A stretch of 64,000 nt of DNA from Marsupella aquatica (Eukaryota > Plantae > Marchantiophyta). The stretch covers positions 26,459,240 through 26,523,239 of the forward strand of contig OZ316894.1 of assembly GCA_973895155.1 (NCBI GenBank), read 5' to 3'. The notes under the pieces were generated by a model that worked only from the letters and a program-made list of their open reading frames with translations, was not told the DNA's origin and did no database searches. The translations under genes were made by a program, and so were the position numbers. This document shows positions 53,237-64,000 of this stretch, piece by piece. Each line of letters starts with the position of its first letter. Position 1 is the stretch's first letter.

Positions 53237-56200
53237 ATGGCATTGCCTTCATCTTCTTCACCACTTTGTGAAGCAGTGAAGAACGAATCGATTGACTCCA
53301 TCGTGAGTAAGCTTCCAGATGCACTAGACGTAGATGAACAAACTGTTACTGGCGGATTCCGGGAATGTTCGATACAAATCGCAGCTTCTCCCGGTGCACC
53401 ACTCGCAGACCTGCCAAAGCTTCCAGACGCTCTTGAAGTAGATGAAGAGATTGTAACAGACGGAGGTCGAGAATGTTCCATAGAAATCTCAACATCTGCT
53501 GCTCCATCCGAGTCTGTCCTTCCAAGCGCAAATGCACAGCCGTTTGAAGATGCCAGCAATGGAATTTTGGAAGTGGAACGCGGCAATGTGAACAATAGTA
53601 GGTCCTCATTTCCCGAGATGAACGATATCTCGCAGCAGAGCTACAGAACGACTGAGGAGAGGGAGAAAACTCGAAAATTCCCGGTTCTTTTGTCTGTGGA
53701 GGAGTCTTCTGTTGGTGACTTAGATGCGACGTCCGGTTTCAGCCCTGGGGAGAGTGTGAGCCACACTCAGGAGAGCTGTTCAGGAGTATCTAATGGAGTA
53801 GAGAGCGACAAAGAAAGTGGATCTGAAAGTGAAGGAGATGATTCTAAAACGGCTTCCAGCTCCGATGCAATGAACCTTTCTTCTCCCAAAGAAAAGCTCA
53901 ATGGTTTGGTTAAGGAGGAGCCTCTTCAGGAGATCCTAGTCTCCAAGATTGCGGAGCTTGAGGTTGTGTCCACGGGATCCTCGAAGTCCGAAGAGGACTA
54001 TTCTAAAGCTGGTATGTAGTGTCAATCCCACCTCGGACATCCAGTTCCGTTCACTGAGACGTGATTGCCAATCTAAATCTGATGATATGTCACGAATAAG
54101 TGAGCTATTCATTCGCGTTTACTACATCAGTTGTGTGTCAAATACGAAAATCGAACTCATTTCACTTCTCCGATGCCGGAATTACTTTTATCTTCTTGTA
54201 TGTCATTGAGCTACGTCTGTGCTCAAAGTTCCGTGTACAGGACTTCCTACTGAACTATGCTTTCTCGGTGAAAAGAGGCTCGAAATATGGGCGCAGTACT
54301 TTTGGAGTGAACGGTGTCTTGCGTAGATCAGTGTAGGGCACTCTGTGGATGAGTTCGAATACTGAGTTCTCATGACTTTTGTTTCAGCTAAGGCAAGGAA
54401 ACGTCAACTGAAAGAAGTGCGCGTAATACTAGACGGTACAGATCGTTCTACTGAAGAAAAATTGCGGCTTTTGAATAGCAAATATCAGCAGCAGGTCCGT
54501 GGCTTTTCTTACAGTGTTCGGCTGTCCTGTATGTCAATCCGATGAGTCGGTGTACTGGGGGAGATGTGTCAGTTCATACAATTGGGAGGCCCTTAATATC
54601 TCGATACTAGGAACTGCCGGGACGCGGCCGGTCTGAATGGCACAATTCTCCTCACTGTCTAGTGTAATTCTGCATATGGCGGGGAGGAAGACAAACTGGA
54701 GCGCTTCTATTAACGCAAATCTCCGGAAACACCGCCTTCATAGGGTCCAAGCGAAAGATTGCTACCATACAGCACTAGCTTGGAAAGCATGTTTGACAGT
54801 TAGTTATTGCAGATGTAAACCATTTGGACCGTATAGTCACCATCGTACTTACCTACCTTTCACGGGACATCTCCATTGTTATATGCGGAAGGCTGTCTCT
54901 CGCTTTGTAGGCAGTCTTTCCACTCATGGTTGTAACTGGATGATATCAGGTGGTTAGTGACTTCCAAATCAAGCTTGAGATTCTTCCAAGCTGCATTTAG
55001 ACCTGCTTGTTATTTCCGAAAAGCACTGACGGAGACCCAATATTTGTTGGTAGAACAGGTTGCTGAGAATAGGCAATTGGAAAAAGACTACATGGCTTCA
55101 AGTCGAAAATGCAAACAGGTGAACAAGGAAAAGGATACTCGTAAGTGTTTGCCCCTTGCCGTGAATGGTCCATTGGATATTTTACAAGCGTGTTAGTCTA
55201 ACACACTGTATACGAAGCCGTCCGTAACTGTTCAAGTATGTGCTTTGTGATGAGGTTTTGAGAACTGAGTGTTATCAATCTGTTTGTACAGTTTATGGAG
55301 AGTTGACAAAGAGTACTTCTCTGAGACAAAAGTTGGAGTCTCTTTGCCGTGAGCTGCAACGCCAAAATAAGATGTTTCTTGTATGTCAGCCGAGAATTTG
55401 TCGTTTTCGTACTGATTTGTTCGTCATTTCTAATGTTGTTGGAGTATACATTAGTTATTGTCGTAATTTGTACATCATAAATTAGTCATTATGGCACGCT
55501 GAATATTTCGAGCTCGATAATGGACGTGATATGTGGTTTACGTAGGATGATAGCAAAAGAGTTGCATCAGAGGAAGAGAAAAAGAGATTAGAACTCTCGG
55601 CAAAATTCCACGAGACAGTGAAGGTATGGAAACATATGCGTTATCTTTGGTTTGAAGCTGTAAATCTGAATGTGTTCCACAATCCACTGCCTTTCTTGGT
55701 TGGAGAAAGTCGTGAGGATCCTCAGTACTTTTCAGTGCCTTATGCATTAAGCTTGAATGGATAAGTCAGGCTCGAATGCTCGCCTAAAAATTCATATGCT
55801 TTTGTAGGATATTTCATCTAAGTTGGAAGAACAAGGAGAGGGCCGTATAAAACAACTGGAAGAAAATGAGTTGTAAGTATTCACTCCTTGTATTGTGATA
55901 GGTTTTTGTTGTAGCTTGACAGCGGTTGAGATGGTTAGAACTGATAGAAATGGAACCTACGCTCTCGTAGATTAGAGGCAGAGCTTAGACATTAATATCT
56001 TCTGAAGAATATCTCACTGCGCTGTAGACCTGTAGGACCCTGGGGTGAAGTAATTTGCCATTGTAGGTGTTTAGTCTCTAGATTGATGGGGCATTACTTC
56101 TCCATCCTGTCTCTGGTGTAGACTTTTCCTGTCCTTCCTTGTCGAAGATGTTCATTACGCGAGTGTCTCACAAATTCTCGTGCGGAAGGTGTTGTTAATG

Positions 56201-57831
56201 ACACTTGTGGCTATTGTGCAGGATGAGGGAGAAGCTCAATCATTTCACTCAGCAGTTTGATATAAGAGAGCAGCAATTTGCCCATCAGGTAACTTACAGG
56301 AGGGGTTGCCAGTTCAGATTTGTACTGATTGACAGAGCTGAACACCCTTCGGATTTGTAGAAGCTTTTGGGGACCAAGTTGCTGTCGTTCAATGATCATG
56401 TAGTATGAAAGACGACAGCAAAGTACAGTATTGTGCCCTTGCTTCTATTAAGTAGGGAAGTTTAATTACCTGCTGTATTAGCGGAACTTTCGGGGGATCA
56501 ATTGACAGTTTTGTGATGGCACTGTGAACTGGCTAACAGCTACGAACCAAGTCTTTAGAGCAGCAGTTGCTGGAAGTCAAATTGAAACAACAACAAGATA
56601 TTTCCATGCAAGCAGAGACCAAGAGCCGTCTGTATACAGAACAAATCGCACAGCTCCTTAAAACTGAGCAGGACCTGCGCTCACAGTTGGCTCTATATGG
56701 AGATAAATTTGAGCAGTTTCAGGTAGGTTTCCTGGAGAACGCGAGCATTTCTTTTGTTTCTCGAAAGGCTGAATTTTTTATTCTTTTTGTTGAGAATGGG
56801 TGATGAACACACCGAAGTTCATATGCATGTTTTGCTGCAGGACACGCTAACAAAGAGTAATGAGGTCTTCGCAACATTCAAGACGGAACTGGAAAAGGTC
56901 TGTTCTAGCTTGCTTTACGCGGCTCTTGATTCAATCCGTAGTCTGTGAGTGTTACTGACGACGTTGTTGCCGAAACCTTCGAAGGCTTGACATTTAACGA
57001 GGCTATCCTTACTATCTTGTTGCATTCGTAAAAAGCGGTCTAAGTCATGTTTTTTGACTCGCTAATCAACTTTGCAAGTGGTCCTAGCGACTTATGTAAG
57101 TTTACCTGGATACGATGTCCTGACTCTGAATCGTATTTGAAAGGGCCTAATTTTTGCTGTGGTGCTAATGCCAGATGTCAAAAACTGTGAAGAGACTTGA
57201 AAAGGAGAATGCATCGCTGAAAAAGAAATGTGAGAAGTCAGACGTCTCAATCATTGAACTACTTGAGGAGGTGCCGTCTCCCCCCACCCCCGCAACAAAT
57301 TTCCACTAAAAGGGCAGATTGAAACCAGTAACCATGGCCACTCTCCATTTAATGTTTCCAAAGTAAACTTTGTTATCATCTAATCCTCATAATTGGAATG
57401 GGCTTTGTCAATTCAGAGAGATATACTGAAGAAGCAACTGAGTACAACAAAGAACCAGAAGGAGAAACTTGAAGCATTATGTAGATCACTACAAGCAGAG
57501 CGCAAACTGCAGGCTGTCACTTTCGATTCTGCGAATTCCTCTCTCCCGTCTCAGCTGGTACGTTTTCTATGTCAATGTGTCTAAGACAGACAGTACTTTG
57601 TTATCAACTAGCCTTCTGCTGGTACGTTTTCTATGTCAATGTGTCTAAGACAGACAGTACTGTGTTATCAACTAGCCTTCTAAGTAGTGCTCTGCTTCTA
57701 GATATTAGCTTTCATTAGAGGGTCGTTTTTGTACAGCTGTGGCTTTAAGTCATGAAAGATAGTTGTTTCTCATCTGAGTAGCATTTGCATTGCATTGGCA
57801 GGAACACCTCAAGCTAAGCAATCCAGAATAA
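53237..57831 (+). CDS. Taxilin-family coiled-coil protein with long acidic, disordered N-terminus
   Basis: Exons 53237-54011, 54388-54494, 55059-55140, 55292-55380, 55546-55623, 55808-55872, 56222-56288, 56540-56722, 56841-56897, 57175-57270, 57417-57557, 57802-57831. Taxilin motifs: [79 protein letters not shown]. Confidence 0.93.
57554..57681. repeat. Tandem duplication, 64 bp x2, containing the exon-11 splice donor of taxilin
   Basis: gctg|gtacgttttctatg...actagccttct at 57554 and 57618, one mismatch. Confidence 0.92.
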
Positions 57832-59039
57832 CCTCACTAAGCTGTATGGCATGAAACTTTGAAGGGGACTGTCAAGATCTGTGATGGATGGCTACCTTGA
57901 CTGCAGATCTCAGTCTCTCAAGTAGTACAAGTGCATTGGCCGATCACAACAGCCTAATTCCTCACCGACATAATTCGACTCTTATGTCAGATTTGTACAA
58001 TGACATTTATTAATATACACAGTTGGACTCTTTGAGACTACGCTAAAGACCTCTGAATGCATGGTTGCTGTTTTCACCGACGAATTTTGGCCAGTATAGA
58101 AGATAAAATGATAAAATCCTTGGTAAACTGTGTTCACATCGAAGTGCACATGTTACTCCGAAATGTTTTGTCACAGTCGATTGTCCTTCTGGTCCGATTT
58201 GTGGTGTATTTTGGATTGAAGTCTGATTGCGCCACATTTGTACATCATCCAAGCTCATACTGCGATATGGGCGAAGGTCGATCTGGGGTGTGATTTTCAG
58301 AGCTCTGAGTGTTATGTTTTCGTCTCTGCAACCCAAATAGTGAGACCTGGTTGTCCGTCTTGCTATCAATGTTCGAAAATGTGGATTTATCCACGACGAC
58401 GGCATCTCTGTTCTATCTTCACTGGGCAAGAATTTGTGACACATCAGTTGGATGTGAAATTAAAACCTAATTGGACTCATCACACCTGGCCCAATCGAGA
58501 AATTGGAAAGGGTGAAAGTTCAAGATTGGAGGTTTAAGGTCTAGAAATAATAGTCGATTCTGTGCGATACAATTTTGATGATTACATTCAGAAAAACTGA
58601 GTACTAATAATGTGGCGGATGATAGGATCGAACAAATTCAGAGCCGAACCAGTCTTTTGAGATCTGAAGAGCCACGCAAGGAATTTCGGTATCGACTTTG
58701 GTATATGTCCGATGCAATCCTCGCCCATACTGCTCCAGATATTGCTACCTGACCAGAACCAACCATAGTTTACGTCAACTGGCTAGAGATGTCAAGACTG
58801 TCAAAAAATCCCGGCTTCTACAAAAAACTTGATTACTGGATTCCGGCAAGGTAGCGATATCTGGAGCAGCTGCATGTCGGTGTCACTCAGTACATAGAGC
58901 ATTATTGTCATATAGCAACATCTGCAATTTGTCAATTGACTCCTATAGAGCACAAACAGTCTGAACTGGTTGCCACTGTGGGTGAGACGAAAGAATTGTC
59001 CGGGCATTGCGAAGACACTGAAAGAGTGAAGAATTTATC

Positions 59040-59186
59040 AAATTGAAACAGTCAATTTGATACACATGTCCTGCTGTAGCCAATTATTTAAGAACTCAAC
59101 CTCATGAAAGCTAAATTGAAACAGTCCATTGATATACATGTCCTGCTGTAGCCAATTATTTAAGAACTCAACCTCATGAAAGCTAA
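59040..59186. repeat. Tandem duplication, 73 bp x2
   Basis: aaattgaaacagtc.attgata.acatgtcctgctgtagcc...catgaaagctaa at 59040 and 59113. Confidence 0.9.
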
Positions 59187-59875
59187 TGTTGACGCAACGA
59201 TTCCCGTGAACGTCATGCCATCTGGTCTGAATGGGTCACATTGCAGTGCTTGAATGTTCTAGCAACAGCTGTGAATGACATCTTACATACAACATACACA
59301 TGAAATGAGCAGATGACAACCCACGACCAATCCTCGACTGTTCTGAGAACTGTCTCATACACCCTTAGCGCCTGTTTGGCGCTCTTGGTGAACCACAATT
59401 CAGATGAACTCATGGAAAATTTAATCCAGGTGGTCATCCTTTTACTCGAGAGATGAGTGGGAAGTTTACCTCAACGTCCAGGTTGGAGGATCCAAGGAAC
59501 TCAGACATGGAACAGCACAAGATCATCTCGTATCAGTACTTTTGGTAGCATCAAAATCAAGGAAACCACCCACATAGAATCATCCCGCATCAAATGATGA
59601 TACATTTACCTCAACCTAGACACTAATTGAGTACGCAAGACATACATCTCAGGAAGTGAAGAAATTTGTTGCTACCCTTCTGCTCTCCAGAGGTAAAGAG
59701 ATTGCCTCCAAATAGGTTGCAAAGTTTTCTTCTTTTACGTTCAACATACTTCCAGCATGGAGGTTGGATTCTTAATTGCCCATAATCCTCATAAGATACA
59801 AGACACCCCGAGGGGTCCACAATGGATAACGAGGATCTCTTTGCACTAACGGAGCTCATCTTGTTGCAATGGCAA

Positions 59876-61549
59876 TCAAGGACCGTCATCTCCATCTCCT
59901 ATGAGATTGCATATTTCACTGCACTCGATAAGACTGCAAGGGAAACCAAAATGTCATGACGGAGTTTTGTTAGTGCAAAGTCCAATGCTGTACTTTTAGA
60001 AGCAGAGGGAAAGGTGAAACTCGTTTCACTGTCGAGGGGAACCCGTTTACGTGAATTTAAACAGAAACATGACAGGGCCAGAGCTCGAGAAGTCATATTG
60101 AATACATATCAAATTTATGAGACCCCTCCTCCAAGAGTTTCGCCAACACGCATTAGTATCTTTCACACCCAACGGTCATGGCTTTCAGGTCCCAGAAGCG
60201 GTGTTCAACGGGGCGGTCATTGATAGTCTTTGGGGTGGACGCATGTCAATCATCATGGCGAAGAAATTCAAAAGAGATGCTTTATCTCCTATTAAGCAGG
60301 GGGCCGATAATGGTAGATTCATTGCGATGAGTTGGGACCGCATGATTGTATCCACTGACACTAGCTGAAATCATCCACTCTTCCCACACCCAAAGGACAG
60401 ATATTTAGGAGGGTGATGATATGAGATCGTACCAGTATTGACGAGTTCGAAATCCTTCCTTGAAAACAACCAGGGGCCTGCAAAGTCAAGTCAACATTTT
60501 AGTTGATGTTTGGGACAAGCAGAACCTTTAAGGTCAAGTGAATCTGAAAGGCTTGGCGTGTCTAAGCATTTCCACGAGTTAAGACTGAATTTCTTCTAGT
60601 TAAGAGCGGAACTGTCGTCAGCCATCGTCTACCCGGAAAATATGTTCACCAACTCTTTCGTCTTGTAGACTCCTTCCATAACAAATCCTTCAACTATTCC
60701 CATGCACAAACCATAATCTTAGCGAATTCTTAATCTTAGCGCTCACTTTCTGATGTTGAAAGGTCCCTCGCCGGGAGATCCTGCGCCTCCTCTTATACAA
60801 GTCCCCAAACACTTCTGAGTGCAGCGTTCTGCTTTTTTGGACTTCGGTCTCTGAATTCTCTTACGTTTTTCTCCGCCTGCGCAGTAGAACAGAAGACTCA
60901 AATTACAAGCACTTTCTATCTGTCTATCTGTGGTCGAAGCTTTCCCTTCCGTAACAACTCCCACAATTCCCAGTTGTCGGACGAGCTCCTACAATATGAA
61001 TTGTGTTACTTACAGTGTGAATCTGCGTGGTACCATGAGGAAAAGGGAGAGAAAGGCACCTGAAATATCTTGAGGAACATTCTCAAGAGTGTCGTATGGG
61101 TCAGGAGGCGCAATGTCGGAATAGAAAGCGTTGGCCAGAACCAGAACAGCAGAAATTTGGACGGCGCATCTTCGTAATTCTTGCCACTGTGCAGAACCTA
61201 GTAATTTAATAACTTCCGAGACAATAGAGCGCTTCGAAACTGAAATTTCGACGAGGCGTCTTCGCAATTCTGCACTCAAAGCTAACAGAGACACCAAAAT
61301 CGAGGGAGAGACGAGTAAAAAACAGTAGTTGTTCAATTGCGCTTGCACAGAGGTCAGGATTTCAGCTTCATGCGATGTGCAGTAGACCGCTGGCCGGCGA
61401 CTCGTCACCGACATACTCTTAGAACCGAATCCATTGCTCGAAAGTTTGTTAAAATGAGCAGAAGGCATCCAAGAGCAAGCGAGAAACTTAGGACAAGCGG
61501 GATCCCAGCGAGCAAAGCCCAAGCCAACAACAAACGCCGCGGACGCCAT
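59876..61549 (-). CDS. Plant protein of unknown function, probably plastid-targeted, with Cys-rich C-terminus
   Basis: Exons (minus): 61549-61060 (alternative upstream ATGs at 61564/61576; may hide a small intron), 60876-60747, 60477-60433, 59933-59876; phases consistent. Product ends ...PYDTLENVPQDISGGEKRKRIQRPKSKKAERCTQKCLGTCIRGGAGSPGEGPFNIRKPLVVFKEGFRTRQYCLIECSEICNLIGDGDDGP*; Ser/Arg-rich transit-like N-terminus. Confidence 0.85.
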
Positions 61550-61904
61550 TTGCTCACAATGCATCCCGTCACGCAAATGGCCTCGATCGAGGTAATATCA
61601 AGGCCATTTTCGTCCACATTCCGCCGCCATTCGGAGTGCAGAGCGAGCTGCTGCAGCGCTTCAAGCAGCTCTCGCAGAAAGCAAACATGGACTTCTTACA
61701 ACCATTCTCTACCATTCTCTCGCATATCCAGACAGATCTTTACATGAATCTGCTGCTCCCGCTCTCAGCACGACGAAGATCAGGTGATCCGTGGACAACA
61801 TGTGCTCAGTGCCCCAGTTCGTGAAGCTCTCTATATTATTACTCCTCCTCCGAAAGTATGCCGATAAGTTTCTGGAGAAAAATCGCATGCGTGGACGGGT
61901 TTCG

Positions 61905-62280
61905 CTGTTTTTGGTTTTTTCTTCGAAAGTAGAAAGCAGCCCCCCCCATCTAACAGAGGATAGACTAAGCATACCATTTTTTGGTTCATCTAACATAGGA
62001 TAGACGTCCAGAGTGGACGTCCTACTCTGGAGCATACCATTTTTTGGTTTTTTCTTTGAAAGTAGAAAGCAGGGCCCCCATCTCTGAACAGAGGATAGAC
62101 GTCTGAACGGAGGATAGACGTTCTACTCTGGAGCATACCATTTATATATAAACGTCCTACTCTGGAGCATACCATCTTATATATAAACGTCCTACTCTGG
62201 AGCATACCATTTTATGTAGGGTAGCCACAAGGGAAATCTACTCTGGAACATGCCATTTTATGCAGTGTAACCACAAGGGA
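61905..62280. repeat. Compound direct-repeat array upstream of the minus-strand gene
   Basis: (acgtc)ctactctggagcataccat about five times (62019-62260), plus two copies of tttggtttttt..gaaagtagaaagcag..ccccatct..acagaggatagac. Confidence 0.85.
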
Positions 62281-62764
62281 GCAATCCCCAGGGACCAGAC
62301 CAGGAGAGAGAGAGTGTTGAACTGGGGCCCAAAGAGAACCAGCCAGGGGCTGAGGAGGGTTGAGGAGAAACCAGGACTCCCTCTTTAGCTGTTTTGATCA
62401 CCTGTTTAGCTGTTTTGATCACCTAAATCACTTGAATGATTTTTTTGTTGGAATTTTTGCATTTATTAGTGTGTATGTTATGTTATGTCTAACTGTTTTT
62501 CTTTGACTTGTCTCAAACAAGAATAGGCATGTTTGTATAGAGAACTATAATACAAGGTCCCGCTCTTTTATAGAGTGGTCGTCCTTTGAATTTGCAGGCC
62601 CAAAACGTAAGCAATTTGACAAAGAGAAGGAACAAACAAAACATTAATTACATTTAGTGTGAAGGGAAAAACACTTTTTCCAAGCAAGAAAAGTGGGTTG
62701 CCAATGCACAAGAGTCCTTTTGGTACCATCCATCCATGCATATAAACTGTTCATCCCTCTACCA

Positions 62765-63752
62765 TTTTTTACCACTATAATACCCTATCCCTAATAAAAA
62801 AGTGTGAACCAATTTTGACCATTTCATCAAAACATTGTTTTTTAACTCCATCAGATCTATCCATATACCCCATCTAAAATAAACATATGTCCAAGATGCC
62901 CTTTAGCCTGCCCGCACCTGCCCAAGATGAAGAACTTAATTAAAAATTAATTAGATTGATTCACATTTAAATTTATATTGGAAATTTTGAAAAAAAATTG
63001 ACTTTCTTTTTAAGTTTCAATATAAATTTCAATATAAAATATTTATTTCTCTAAAATAATTAAAGTTAAAAAAACTATAATTTTTACTCTCCCTCAATTG
63101 TGCTTGGACTCTATGATGCGGTGGCTGCTATCTCCGGTCTCAAATTCCTATGTGCAATGGATTGGTTATTGAACACGACCACAAAAGTGTATGGTCGGGA
63201 TCACATGTAACATGTCTCCATAACTACATTGTAAAACTTATAATTTCTTGTCTCACTTGATATCTTTTTCTAATCTTCACATATTATCTCTCCTCAACAT
63301 CTTTTCCTTGCCTTGCCATTTTTTTCTCATCTCACCATCTTTTCTCACATTGACATCTTTATCTTACCAGAACATTCTATTCTCACCCTCGACATTTTTT
63401 TCTCACCCTCAACATTTTTCCTCCTCAACATTTTTTCTCACCTTGATATCTTATCTTTTTCTCATCTCGCCATCTTTTTCTCACCTTGACATCTTTACCT
63501 CACAATGACATCTTTTCCTCACCCTCAACGTCTTTTCTCTCCTCGACATGTTTTCCCCATCTTGACGTCTTTTTCTCACCTTAACATCTTTATCTCACCA
63601 CGACATCTTTCCCTCAACCTGGCTATCTTTTCTCTCCTCGACATGTTTTTCTCACCTCGGTAGTTTTTCTCTCTCAATCATCAACATCTTATTCATCTAG
63701 ACATCTTATTTCACCTCAACATCTTTTGTGCAATGCACAGGTAATGGGCTAC
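62765..63752 (+). mobile_element. Non-autonomous Helitron (decayed)
   Basis: 5' A|TTTTTTACCACTATAATACCCTATCC (C->T-decayed TCTTCTAC...); 3' tttgtgcaatgcacaggtaatgggCTAC|T; collinear with 48549-49453. Confidence 0.72.
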
Positions 63753-64000
63753 TTCTTACGTAACAAACTATTCCTGTTTGTAACCAATAGTGCTGATGTG
63801 GCTGCATGTACTTCCCAGAATTTTGGAAGGAGCTTTCCATGGGATCCGTAACCAAATATAAAAACCATGATGTATTTGTATATACAATAAAAAAATGGCA
63901 ATGTTATCATTTGGAATACCTTTAGTGGTAATGTACTTAAAAGCTGATATAATGATTCAGCCATTGAAATGTGAGCTACTTTGTAGCATGAAGAGTGACT

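Noticed and set aside
62010-62260. CRISPR-like array
   Set aside because: Linkers are short, unequal and partly repeated; no cas genes; intron-rich eukaryotic context.

Overview
Eukaryotic land-plant genomic DNA with GT-AG introns; gene style and TE content suggest a non-seed plant such as a liverwort or other bryophyte (inference). Five host genes could be reconstructed by hand: a YSL/OPT metal-chelate transporter (-, 3' end runs off the left edge), NUP1/NUP136 nucleoporin (+), LEO1/VIP4 Paf1-complex subunit (+), a taxilin-family coiled-coil protein (+), and a small Cys-rich, probably plastid-targeted protein (-). Between LEO1 and taxilin lies a ~21-kb nested transposon island (~30.5-51 kb). 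It holds four ~1.45-1.49-kb copies of one element with unusual AGT...ACT termini and individual 5-bp TSDs (probably solo LTRs with non-canonical AG..CT ends), a decayed CRE-type RLE non-LTR retrotransposon, non-autonomous Helitrons, and a ~3.6-kb decayed intronless ORF facing a second convergent decayed ORF. Two Mutator-type TIR elements with 9-bp TSDs lie in other intergenic regions. No rRNA, tRNA or CRISPR array was seen. All assignments are by eye, without database searches.
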